From positions 271,667 through 335,666 of the forward strand of contig NIVC01001207.1 in the NCBI GenBank assembly GCA_002269645.1: a stretch of DNA of 64,000 nt. The letters are read 5' to 3'. This document shows, piece by piece, positions 27,961 through 40,303 of this stretch. This DNA is from Macrostomum lignano. Its lineage: Eukaryota. Both the position numbers and the translations under genes were made by a program. Each line of letters begins with the position of its first letter. Position 1 is the stretch's first letter. A model generated the notes under the pieces. That model saw only the letters and a list, made by a program, of their open reading frames with translations, was not told the DNA's origin and did no database searches.

Positions 27961-30689
27961 TAGGAATAGCTGATGCCATTTATGGCAATAGCCAGCAAGT
28001 GAAGCACTAGCTAAAAGACAAAAGTATGTGCAAAGAAATGCTATGGTCCTTTGTGTTAACCTTCTTACCTTCTAGCTAGCAATCTGGTTAGCAACCTTGG
28101 CTAGCAATTTTCTAGCTGACAACTTTTTTAGCTAATAACTTTCTAGCTTGCAACTTTTTGGTGGCAACTTACTGGCTAACAATTTTCTAGTTGACAAAGT
28201 TTATAGACCCTTTAAAAGATATCATTTATACTAGAATTTTTAGGGTGTATTTTATTTAGTATATATTGTGTATTTGGTTCTAGTATACATTCAAATATGT
28301 ACTCAACAATCTTGGGTATAGCATATATATTTATATAAAAAAATTGTATTTTTATGCATAATGCCTAATTCTAGGTTTATTTTTTATGCACAGAATATGC
28401 ATTATATATATTCTAAATTTTAAAATTGCACCCTAAAATAAAAAGTAGATGTGGTTTAAGTGCAGTCTCATAACCTATTTTTTCATTGAAGCCTTATTTG
28501 CATTGCCTTTAAGTAAAAAAAAGAAATTGCACTCTAAGCCCTAAAATTGCACCTTGAAAGTGAGCATAAAGTGCAATTTTGCACCTTGTCTCTGATGAAA
28601 AAGAAAACTCTGAGGCTTATAGCTATAAAGAGATTATTTTTATGAATTTATTTTTATTGCATAAAACTTTATATTTTAATTTTAAATCTAGTGCCTAGTA
28701 GACTTTTGTGAACATTCTATATTATAAAAATATTTAAAGCATAAAAAATTGTTCCATATTTACTGTCTAAATTAGTTTCTATATTACAAGAAATTATCAA
28801 ATTAATTTTTTAAAAACAAATTAGACTTGAAATATTTTAATATAATATCAATGAAAAAAGAAACTAGGCCTTAGGCTTAGTTTTATTAGCTAATATTTTA
28901 TTTGAAGATAAAAAGTCAAAACTAAAGACAAAGTTACCTTGCTATTTATTTAACTAGTAGTATTCTATAGTTAACTAATAGTATTCTATCATAATTATGG
29001 CTATAGACTATATAGATATAAAAAATTGGGATAGTACTTTTTAAAACAAAATGTAGTTATAGATTGCTAGAGTTCTTGACTAGTGGTAACTATGGTAATA
29101 GATTATGGAGATTTAGAATACCTTATGTAATTTCCTATTATAATATACATTTGTTAATAAATCTTTTTTTGTAAAATTACCTATTTTTATTTTAACTTTT
29201 TATAACTATATTCTTGGCTAATTAAAATTATCAGCTATGAGCTATACATATAAAATGCATCTATATTTGTTATACCAAACTAAACAAATCACTAAATTTA
29301 AAAGAGTTTTTGCTTTTTTTTTGATCAATTTTGATTTTGTTTCATGTGTTTCACTTTCTGCTTTTGGAAAGCAGAGGTTTTTGTTAATTTTGTTAAATTT
29401 TATATAGGTCTAAGGAGATTTGACCATCTTAAACATAACAAATTGTGGTTACAAAGATGGCATGGTAAAATACAGTATGGCTATGCCTATAGCTACAGAG
29501 GTACAGAGCAGGGGTATGGTGGCAAAATGCTATTAACTAGATTATATCCAAAAATCAAAATAACTTATTAAGCTTCTTCTATACATAGTCATAATAACTG
29601 AACAAGCAAGTATTGTAAATTGTTCCTTTGAATGAAGGCCTAGCCATTGAGACAAGACATTGGTGCCATGTTTCTATATTATGTATCAACTGTATTACTT
29701 GTCTTCATTCACTCATTCGTTTGAGTTCTAAGCTTGACTTGGGTCATGAGAAAACAAACCAAGGCTAAAATAGAACATTCAAATTCCGTGCCCTAGGCCT
29801 AGATTCATATTATATGTTATCTTGATAGATTATAATGGGACAAAATTCTGCTTTAGTGTTAGCCTTCAGGAAGTTCAGGTCGTTAGTAATTAGTTCTAAA
29901 TCGAAAACTAAGTACTGTATAAATCTAATAAATGTAATAAAAAACGAAACAAAATAGCTATAGTATATAGCTTCGATGACAGACTGGTCAATAATATTAA
30001 CATTTAATTTCTTACAACTGACTGGCCTACCATGAAAAACCGCAGAAAGATTTACAGTTCAGACCATAACAACATTTATTGTATATATGATTTTACTGTT
30101 ACTATAACATACGAATAAGGTATTACTACTGATGTACCGCATAAGCAATCTGAAAAGATATTTTTAAGAAAACAAATTTTTCTGTACATTCAAAGGTACA
30201 CTTGTTAGAAAAAAAAGCCAATCACCCCAAAATTTTTATAAAGTAAACATTTTACTTTAAGCCCTGAGAAAATCATATTTTGCCAGTAAGAAGTTTCGTG
30301 TAAAGAATTTTGTTATACCTTTACTTTTTAACAGATCAGAACTTCTGCATAGAGCTTCGCGCGTTAATTATTTGTCATGTTAGATGCTAATTGTTAGCCC
30401 ACTATCGCTTTGTTTATAAAATTTATAAGTTTTCGCTTTAAGTTGCTATCAACGCTTTCATAACTTTATACCAAACAGAACAAACGAAACGAAATTTTAC
30501 TGGGCAAAGAGACGTTTTAGGATCGATCTTGGCTGAGATTTTGATCAAGTACATGTACTGTTGAATTCGCCCCTTTTTACTCATTGTGGGCACAAGAGTT
30601 TTAGAAATATCGATCATCATCCCTGAACTCTAATCAGGTCTTGTTTTTTCAAAGTATATGTATATGTAACAACTGTAGATTGCTATAGT

Positions 30690-30838
30690 AGCCCCCCTTG
30701 AGCAAAGACCTGAAAAAATCAAGGGGGGCTTGCCAAGCGCATTTTCGCCAAAATACAGAGCCACCACCTCCGCCCCCCTTGGGTCTTTACTCTTTACCCT
30801 CCAGAATCCCCCTCAACAAATTTCTGGTTGCTCCACTG
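30690..30838. mobile_element. Probable one-ended remnant of a hAT-like MITE
   Basis: C-run-rich segment ending AAATTTCTGGTTGCTCCACTG, the reverse complement of a CAGTGG(A/C)GCAACCAG-type terminus. No partner terminus was found nearby. Confidence 0.4.
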
Positions 30839-31864
30839 CAAATATAACCTTAAGCTGGAGCTAGATAGGGAATGTAATGCTTAAATGTACATGTAAGGAC
30901 AATCCAATTAAATACGCCATATCGGGCTTTTTTCATTTATTCACGCGATATTATAAAAACCTGTGCATGGCTGCATGCCAATTTAACCTTACTTTGTTAA
31001 CTTTAACTTCAAGCCTGACATGTCAGCGACATTAATTCTCCTGTGTTACATGTGTAACAGCTATCATATTTGAATTGGAAAAGTAGTTCATATAGTTTAA
31101 GTACAGTGTCTTGTACATTTTGAAAGCTTTTTTAAATCTGCTGGGTGGATTCTGGATTAAACACAGTTTATAAATCTCTGCAACTTCTATAATATTAATT
31201 GTTTCGTTCACACGTTTACTTAAAAGCTTGAATTGCGGTAATTTCTAATTTCAATTTTATAATGTTCAAAGTTTCAAAGAAGAAATAAGAATATAAAAAT
31301 AAAAATAAAAAACTTATCCATAAATTTTATGCACATTTAAATGTGTAATGGATATACCACCACATTTTTATGATTGTAATAATTTCTATGAAAAAGTTGA
31401 ATGACTGACCACCTTGACTTGATAATGACTTGATAGAAGTAGGTATAAACATGTAAACTGCTCAGCGTTTTATTATTAACTTATTGAAACTGTATGCAAA
31501 TGCATATGAATATTCAGTATCTGCTATTCAAACAGAATCTACAAAAGTAAATGAATGGTATGCCATGCGTACACTACAAATGTACGCACGCTGGTAAGGA
31601 GGTTGGGTTGTCTGCTTGGGCGTCTAGCATGTGACTTGTGTATTAGGAAACTTTCACATTTAATGTGAAAGAGCAAAACAAGTCTATCCCTCAAACGTTA
31701 TTGGAGTAGAGCGGGGAATAGTAGGTGAAAGAGCTGCAATGCGTCTTTCACATAGACAGACTTTAATGCATAAAAGCCCCTACTTCTAGCTCTAACCTCA
31801 GTAAATACGGCTAGAATATTTTGCTGTTCCTAATATTCAAAGCAACCTTAGAAAAGTCTACAAA

Positions 31865-32503
31865 ATGAGCCGAGTTCGCCAGAACTACCACGAGAACTGC
31901 GAGGCCGGAGTCAACAAGCAAATCAACATGGAACTGTACGCCTCGTACACTTACCAAGCAATGTACTTTCACTTTAGTCGCGACGACGTTGCCCTGAAAG
32001 GCATCGCCGAATTCTTTAACAAGAGTTCCAAGGAGGAGCGCGAACACGCTGAGAAGCTGATGAAGTACCAGAACATGCGCGGCGGCACTATCGTGCTTCA
32101 GGACATCCAGAAGCCCGTGAAGCAGACTTGGGGCAGCATGCTTGAGGCTATCACCGACGCTCTTGAGCTGGAGAAGGTGGTTAACCAGGTATGTGCAAAA
32201 ATACTGGTTCTATTTTATAGCTAACCATAGTATAGAAGCGTTCATATAGATATTAAAAGTACATACTGTAGTTACTTTAAACTATGACGTCATGTCCTAA
32301 TTTTATCAACCACGCAGAGCCTGCTGGACCTGCACAAAGTGGCTGACAGCCATGGCGATCCGCAAATGTGCGACTTCCTGGAGACCGAATACCTTCAGGA
32401 GCAGGTTGAGGCCATCAAAGAGCTGGGCGATCACGTGACCAACCTGAAGCGGGTCGGAACCGGCCTGGGCGAGTTTATGTACGACAAGGAGGCTTTCGAG
32501 TAG
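31865..32503 (+). CDS. FTH1: Cytosolic ferritin (H-type), 169 aa; exons 31865-32188 and 32318-32503
   Basis: [30 protein letters not shown]...[19 protein letters not shown]...[10 protein letters not shown]|SLLDLHKVA...[18 protein letters not shown]...[10 protein letters not shown]. Ferroxidase-centre residues are conserved, there is no signal peptide, and the intron is GT-AG phase 0. Confidence 0.97.
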
Positions 32504-33859
32504 TAAAAAGGAGTTAATTGTTTTGGCCTGATTTACAATTACAATGTTGTTCTTTGCAAGACTGAGTCGAGTCTATAACTTCGTTTTTATTTTAATTTGT
32601 ACAGCTTTACTTTTTAGCTGCAAATTTTTTTCATTCATCAACTGTATTGGCCCAATGATAAAAGCGTATTAGTTATAGCTGTTTTCCTAGTTTCATGCTT
32701 TTGTCTCCCCGCCCTTTCCAACGCGCTGTTGTTGCTTTTTAAAAGAAATGTTTAAAATCTTACTACGATTCAGTGCAGTCAGTTGTTGTACGAACTCTTA
32801 ATTGTCAATTCAACCTTGCATTCATGTCCTGCTATTATTTCAATACATGATTTTGGGAGAATAAATAGGAATGGATAATCCCATCGTTTTGTCACATATG
32901 CTCTACTAATTTTGGAAATCGCGGATTTGCACTTGAGTCTTGATAAAAGTAGTTTACCAGCTAACTGAGTAAATAGCTGAAATTACATGTAAGTGTAAGA
33001 CTAAGAGCTTGGGCCATGAAGCTGAAGGCAAGTTCATCTCAGCAATGGCATCGCCAATCTCCACTGGAAAAAAATGAAATGAAGAAAGAAAGGAATTAAA
33101 GAAGAGGCAGAGGTAGAGTGGAAACGAAAGGAAGGAAAAAATGCATCTAAATCGCAGCCATGCAGAGGCCACTAAAAGGTCCGCGATCCTCCCATTATAA
33201 GGTCAAAAGGTCATTTATATTGTGACCTAAAAAGTAAATCGAATTTTTTGCAAAACTCACATCGGCCAAGGGGCATCTGCCGCCCCCTCACCCCTTGTGG
33301 CTGGCGATGATGGCGCATCGGGGCTGGGGCTGGCCGTCCCAAATATACATGTAATCAATATACTGAAACGTTGAATGTAGCTCGTAATTGTCATGTAGTG
33401 ATTAAATCCAATGCAGGAAAAAAGACAGGAATGCCAGAAATAAAACACAAGCATAGAAGTTGCGGGTTGCCTGCATGGGTCAAACTTCATGCTATTAAGC
33501 TCAGGTCCTCGTCAATGAATTTCGTTTTTCATTTCTGTTCGAATTCTCAAAGCGAAGGAAGTGTAAAGGAGGTGCAGTGATTTTATACTGTATACTATAA
33601 AGCTCATGACCTTCGATAGTAAAAATGCGTTCGATCGAAATAACTTTGGTATCGGGCGGACCTTCCGGCACTCTACCGTCCGCCGAAGCGGTCACCGCAG
33701 CGCTACTACCGCGCGCTCAGAGACGCCGACACGCACAGCCGCTTTTGCCAGCGCTTTCATGCTCGGCGGCAAACGTGGAGGTGCCGAGTACGCGGAGGTG
33801 CTGCAGTTCGAGCCGCCGCGGAACAAGCAGTCCCGCTGATTCCGGGAAGGAATCGCTGT

Positions 33860-36800
33860 CTCGTGCAGATTCGTCCTGAGCAGAACGGCTTCCGGCTCCA
33901 TCGCGGCACAGTGACGCAGATTCTAGCTCTTCACCGAGTCATCGAAGAGGCGCGGACACGCCAATCAATCCTGATTGTTATCTTCATAGATTTCCAGAAG
34001 TACAACGTGCCAGAGCAGCTAATTTCCGCCATCATTGAGATATACCGTGATACGAGAGCTGCTGTTTCAACACTGGACGGCCTACCGGACTTCTTTGAGA
34101 CATCCTCCAGGGTGCTTCTGAGAGACACGCATGCGCCGTTTCTGTTCGTTCTGGTGCTTGACTGGGTGCTGCGGATTGCTTTTCTTACCAACGACAACGG
34201 CTTTCTGTTGCGGCGACGCGTGGGTCGACGTCAACTGGAGAGGCGGCTCAGCGTGCTTGGCTACGCCGACGATCTCGCCCTGCTGTCCTCAACTGTCGAG
34301 GGCGCCCAGCGACAACTAGACAAGCTAGTTGCTGTTGCGGCGAGTGTCGGCCTGGTGGTCGACACGCAGAAAACCGTTGTGCTCTGCGTGTCGGACAGGA
34401 ATCGAGGCTGCGATTTTGTCCCGAGGCGCTGATGAACAGGCGACAGAGCTTCCGCGTTGTCAGCAGTTCGTCTATATCGGCGGTCTGGTTCCTGGTGTCC
34501 GCGAGGATTTGCGGCGTCGCCGCAGGCTTACCTGGGCTGCCTTTCGTTCTGTGAGGCCCTACCTGACCGCCAGAGGGCGGCGTTGTTCCAGGCGGTGATA
34601 GAGACCGTCCTGTTGTACAACGCCGAGACCTGGACGCTGGTGGATTCGCTCGATCAAAAAGTTGACGCGGCGCACGCTGGCCTGCTGCGCGCCGCCTTCA
34701 AGATCGGCTACGAGCGAGTGACCAACGCGGCATTGTATCGGTGGTCAGTCCAAGCAACCTGTTGCGCCGTCGGCGACTCCAGCTTGCAGGCCATATCATC
34801 CGCGCCGATCGACGTACTGCCCACAGCCGGTGCAGGAGGTGCTTCTTCTTCTTCTTTTCTTCCACCGCCCCACAACGCTGCCGCTGGCAGCTGGGGGGAG
34901 GGCGCTCAGAGGCGCCCCAACCTGCGAAGGAGGGCGAGAAGGCGCTCCGGGTCGTCGCGGATGTCCCTCTCGTCCTCAGTGCTCGCCCGAAGGGCGTCGC
35001 CGCGTGGGCATTCAAGGATGATATGCTCCTCCGTGTCGGGCGCCCCGCAATCGGGACAGCTGGCGTTCTCAGTCAGGCCGACCCGGTGACGTGTGGCCCC
35101 GGCCAGGGTGGAGCACCCGGCTCTGAGTTGGTTAATCGCCACCGTTTCTTTCCTGGTCAGGTGTCGTGGTGGTCGTTGCCAGGGGCGTCCAAGCAGTTCC
35201 TGGTCGCGGGCGAACCGCGCGCGTCGGATGGCGGCCTTGGCGGCCTGCAGCGTAATGGGTTCGTCCTGCTGTTGGCCGCGTCTAGCTTCGTTGGCGCAGC
35301 GGTCTGCTTGCTCGTTGCCCGGGACGTCGCAGTGGGCCGGGACCCAGACGAAGTCGCACGGGCGCGACATGTGGGCCAGTACCTCCCAGCAGCGGCTTCC
35401 GGCGGCGGTGACCTGCCTACTGGGGCCGCTCTGGAGGGCCGTGAGTGCTGATTTGGAGTCGCTGAGGATCCGCACTGTAAGGCCGTGCTCTGGCGGGAGT
35501 TGAGTAATGTAGTCGAGGGCGGCGCTGATCGCGACCATCTCCGCCTGGAAGCTGCATGCGATCCGGCCAGCCGGGGCGGTGATCTTTTGGCACCAGAGGC
35601 GGGTGCAGATTACCGCGGCACCCCATGCGTCGTGGATGCCCTCCTTGACGCTGCCGTCCGTCCACGCGTCGATGTCACAGGGTGTTAGCTGCTCGAGAGC
35701 TGACATCGCCCTGTCGCGGCGGACGCTCGTCGGGACTGCTCTGCCGCAGCCGTCGGCGAGGGTGAGGTCGAAAGTCTGGCTGTACCGGTTGAGCGCGAGG
35801 TGTGCCAGGTCGGGCGGCGGTGGCGGGAACGGCTCTCTGGGCCGGTCTTCGAGGCCGCAGGGACCGGTGATTTCTCTCGCGATTCGCCGCCAGCAGCCGC
35901 GGAAAGGGCGCTTGTAATCATTGTCTAGTAGCGCGTTAAAATTTGCCTCTTCTTGTCGGCGGGCGCTCTCGTAGGCGCGGTTTCGTAGTCTGCTGGTGGT
36001 GTCTCTGGCCGCAGTCCGGTGTGCTGGGACGTCCTCCGGGAGGCGCAGCACCCGTTCTCGGAGGCAGGCGGCGCGTTCCAGGATGGTGTGGCCAAAGGGG
36101 GGGAGGTTGGCCGTCCGAAGCAGCTCCGTGGTTCGAGTTGGGAGCATACATCCGGTGATGATTCTTGCGCAGCTGTTCTGTTGCTGTTCGATAAGCAGTT
36201 TGGTACTCGGTGCCGCGCTGGCTCCCCAGACTCCGCATCCGTATTCGGCCACGGCGCGGATGGTTGCCTGGTAGGCCGTCCGGAGCACCTCCTGGGTGGC
36301 TCCTACCGCGCGGTTTGCGAGGTCGGCAAGAGCGCGTCGGCGTCGGCTCATGCGGCGGCAGACGTTGGCTGCGTGCTGGGCGAAGTTCAGCTGGCAGTCC
36401 AGGATGAGGCCCAGGAAGGTCGGGTGTTCTTCAAACTGGAGTGGCTCGCCGGCTAGCTCGAGCGGGACCCGGAGCTTGCCGTTCACCTCGTTGGGGGCGA
36501 GCGTGAATGTTGAGTAGTTGCACTTGCTGGTACTCAGGGTGATTTTCAGTGAGTGCCGGTTGTATCCTGGCTCCGCAGCTCGCCAGTGAGGGCTTGGGTG
36601 CTGAGGACAGCCGAATCATCGGCGTAGAGGCTGATGCCGCAGTCCGGCGCTGCTGTCGTGACTGCCTCCTCTAGGTCATTCACGTAGATGTTCCAGAGAG
36701 TTGGCGCCAGGACCGAGCCTTGTGGGAGTCCCTCTCGGAAGACGCGCTGGCGGCTCAGGGTGTGCCCGAAGCGGACTCTTGCGCGTCGGTCGGAAAGGAA

Positions 36801-37135
36801 GGCTTCCGTCCAGCCGATGGTGTTCTGGTCGATCTTTACTCGAGTCATCTTCACAACGAGGCCTTCCTTCCAGACCGTTTCGTAGGCTCCTTTGAAGTCC
36901 ATGCACGCGAGGATGCTCCTGTGCGGTGGAGAGCGTTCCAGGCCGTCGAAGATGTCCTGACAGACCTGCAGGCAACCTACCGGCGGGGGCAGGCCCGCAC
37001 TCAGCGTTAATTCGTCGACTGCCTGCTAGCTGACCCGGGCGCCCCAGATTCAGCTGGCGGCGTGGCGTTCGTCCGTGACCTGCTGGCCTTGAGACGCGCC
37101 TTGTGACGCTAACAGCGTATTTTGTTGTTGTTCCT
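33860..37135 (+). mobile_element. Degenerate RTE-like non-LTR retrotransposon (RT domain), split by a nested insertion; pieces ~33860-34845 and ~36965-37135
   Basis: IRPEQNGFR, IFIDFQK (followed by a deletion), APFLFVLVLDWVLR, LGYADDLALL, LLYNAETWTL and RRRRLQLAGHIIRA are present, with frameshifts. The C-terminus YCPQPVQEVLLL resumes after the insertion as LQATYRRGQARTQR*FVDCLLAD...RRAL* and is followed by a short (TTG)n tail. The element may begin as early as ~33680. Confidence 0.85.
34842..36965 (-). mobile_element. 5'-truncated I/Ingi-group non-LTR retrotransposon with RT, RNase H and a C-terminal Zn knuckle, inserted antisense into the RTE-like element
   Basis: RT motifs DFKGAYETVW, GLPQGSVLAPTLWNIYVND and LYADD (36546-36902). 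After a frameshift near 36560, a 526-aa ORF (36486-34906) carries RNase H motifs TDGS, AEMVAI, SDSKS and WVPAHCDVPGNEQAD, then CPDC-x7-H-x4-C. A (GAA)n tail lies on the minus strand at ~34842-34862. Confidence 0.9.
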
Positions 37136-37892
37136 AGAATGAACGAACATTTACTAGGAAAGCACATTAAGATTTAGGTCAGGATAAATAATGGATAAAA
37201 TAAACTCAATTAAAGGCAAAGTTAATATGTATTAGCCGCGTCAGTCGAAGATTCAAGGACTCTGTACCCCGTTTTTTCCATGGGAAACCTGGCTGCGATC
37301 GGGTTAATGGTCAATGGTTTTACACAAGAAATCAAGTTTTACAATGGTTTTACACGCGAAATCAAGTAACGAAAAAAGCATTTTTGGATTAAAGCATTTG
37401 TAGACTGAATCAACTCATTGAAAGTAACTTTTTGAAACGGTGGTGTCTCTACATCGAACAGAAAATGCAATCGAGGGTTACCAAGGACTATAACTAAGAA
37501 GTCTACTATTAGCCACTTAAACAATGTTACATACAAAATGTAGTGAATGTAGCTTTGCTGTAACGCTAGCTACATTTTCAAACTGTTCAGCTAAAATGGT
37601 CGTTTTGAATGAAGACTCGACAAGATAACCCAGTGTTATTTTGTTGCTAGCATTATGCAGTATAGCTGCCATTTTTATGAGATAAAGCTCACAATATGTG
37701 TATACGCTAGCATTATTGATACAGATCAAGTAGTTACTTGCACGAGCATAATATCGGAACTGCTACAGAAACAGCTCCGACCATGAATGGAAAATGGGTG
37801 TTGAACTAAAAACTCAATGAAAAATTTCAGCCCAAATGAGGAAGATTGGAAGTCACAAACTCGATTCAATTAATTAACACTGTGAAAGATGC

Positions 37893-38370
37893 GTCCCAAT
37901 ACAGCGCCCCCCCCCCCACAATACAGCGCCCCCCCCACAATACAGCGCCCCCACAATACAGCGCCCCCCCCACAATACAGCGCCCCCCCCACAATACAGC
38001 GCCCCCCCACAATACAGCGCCCCCCCCCACAATACAGCGCCCCCCCCCACAATACAGCGCCCCCCCAAGAACGTACCAAAAGACAGTCACACAAAGACTG
38101 TCCCCCAAAGACAGTCCCCCAAAGACAGTCTCACAAAGACAGTCCCCAAAGACAGTCCACCAAGGACAGTCCCCACAGCCATCCCTCCAAAGACAGCCCG
38201 CCAATGTCAGTCCCCCAATGATAGTTCCCCATAGATAGTCCCACAAAGACAGCCCCTCAAAGGCAGTCTCACAAAGACAGCGCCCCAAAGACAGTCCCAA
38301 AGCACTCTAAATACAGCACACCAATGTCAGTCCCCCAAAGAGTCCCAAAAGTCAGCCACCAAAGACAGCG
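37893..38370. repeat. Two adjacent minisatellites: ~20 bp CACAATACAGCGCCCCCCC (37893-38065) and ~13-15 bp AAAGACAGTCCCC (38078-38370)
   Basis: Both sets of tandem units are directly visible. Confidence 0.9.
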
Positions 38371-39429
38371 TCCGTCGTAGCAACTGCAGTTCTAACTTTT
38401 AACTCTATTTCGATTAAATGCCCGTTTTGAATATTTTTCGGTGTTGACTTTCTTCCAAGCCTATTGTCAGTAGTATGTCGCACTAACAGCTTAAAAAGTC
38501 CGATTTCTTAGAACACCAGATTTTTTAGTCCGTTCTCTGGACTCTGGTCTCTTCGTTTTAAAATCTTTATATTCTCGTGCACACTACGAGCTACTTAAAT
38601 ATAGTTGTTTAAATTAGACTCACATCTGTCTAAAGCAGAGAAATCGTTAATAAAGATGCTATATCTTGCGAATGAAATCTCAGGAACAAAAGAAACCCTT
38701 TGAACTTTGTTAAAAAAGGACAAAATTTTCTAAGAATTTCCACACTCGTAAGATTTAACAATTGGTGATACAGTGAAGACGACAAAAAATCAAGAAATTC
38801 CTTAAACTGTCCAGAATCCTTAGCCCATCCAGACCGTGAAGAATTCTCGCGTAAAAAATAATTAATATTTTGTTTTATCGTAACACATTCAGAAATTTTC
38901 CAAATTTTATGGTTTCATCGTGCTCGACATGCAAAATCATGACCGAACCGGTAGCTTTAAAACTTCGAGCAAGCGTAATAAAATCACACTTAAACAAAAC
39001 TTGTGTTAGTGCTGACATTAGCCACCGCCAGCGGCAGTGTTTGAAGCAGGCCAGACACCTCTCAAGTGGCTACGCCAGGTGAAAACTGCAGGCATGAAAA
39101 GGCGCCGCAAGTTTTTTTTAACACGTGATAATCATTGAGAAAGCCTTTACTGCTGCGTTCGCATGGACTCGGGAGCTGATCGGAACAAAGTGAGGCTAGC
39201 CTATAGTCTGATGTCAGCACAATTTCTGCTTGTAAATACTCGCAGCCAAACACACTCGAGCCACGCCTAGACAGAGTGGACGAGATCAGAAGAGCCGCCG
39301 CCCGCTGCACTCTATAACTACATGACACTTGCACTACTGTTGATTCTGGCTCAGTAGTGTTGGTTTTTTATGTACCGCAGTCAGAACAAAACTTTATCCT
39401 GAGTTTGATGGTGTAACGGTATTTCAGAA

Positions 39430-39775
39430 TCTAGGCTCATAATCTCAGGGAATCTTCCTAAACTCTTAGGCTCATAATCTCAGGGAATCTTACTCAAATC
39501 TGTGCTCATAATCTCAGGAGAATCTTACTCAAATCTGTGCTCATAATCTCAGGAGAATCTTACTCAAATCTGTGCTCATAATCTCAGGGAAATTTTCCTC
39601 AAATCTTAGGCTCATAATCTCAGGGAATCTTTCTCAAATCTGTGCTCATAATCTCAGGGAAATCTTCCTCAAATCTGTGCTCATAATCTCAGGGAAATCT
39701 TCCTCAAATCTGTGCTCATAATCTCAGGGAAATCTTCCTCAAATCTGTGCTCATAATCTCAGAGGAATCTTCAGT
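39430..39775. repeat. Tandem minisatellite, 35 bp unit CTCATAATCTCAGGGAAATCTTCCTCAAATCTGTG
   Basis: About 9-10 copies, period 35 (39645, 39680). Confidence 0.94.
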
Positions 39776-39834
39776 GAGCGTGTGAACGAGCGCGTGACTG
39801 TGTATACAGTATCCAGGATGCGCTCTGGAGTCAT

Positions 39835-39912
39835 GGGGTTACCCGCGCATGACTCAGGGGTACCCGCGCATGACTCAGGAGTACCCGCGCATGACTCAGG
39901 GTTACCCGCGCA
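39835..39912 (+). promoter_or_regulatory. 21-bp repeat x3.5, each full unit carrying an AP-1-type TGACTCA motif, ~450 bp upstream of the Sox ATG
   Basis: TGACTCA at 39850, 39871 and 39892 in the unit TACCCGCGCATGACTCAGG(G/A)G. Regulatory function is inferred from the motif only. Confidence 0.4.
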
Positions 39913-40303
39913 GCTCTCCTGAGAATATTTGTACGAGAAGCTGCATGCAAACCTTATTTATTAATACCAAAGAGCATTCCAGTTCCTCAGACACCAAGTT
40001 ATCCTGTGTCCAAAGTAACATTCTAGACTGCGCACACCTGTCTGACTTAAAGCCAGGGTCTCTCTTGCGTTATCTAATCTCACTGAGATCACCGCCCACC
40101 CCCAGTTTTCACACCCTTCACTTCACACCCTCCCAGCCGTCTTCTTGTTTAAATCTATTTAAAACACGAGTTTGGGAGGACGATTAAAACTAAGCTGAAA
40201 TATTTTTTCGATTAAAAAAGAAACATTTATCAACAATCAATTATAATTTGAAGTGTATCTATCCAAAACTGTCTGCAAGCTAACCGACTGGTGTACTTTT
40301 AAC

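Noticed and set aside
32764-32782. CAGTGC hairpin downstream of ferritin as an IRE
   Set aside because: Only a 4-bp upper stem with wrong bulge geometry, located 3' and probably near or beyond the poly(A) region.
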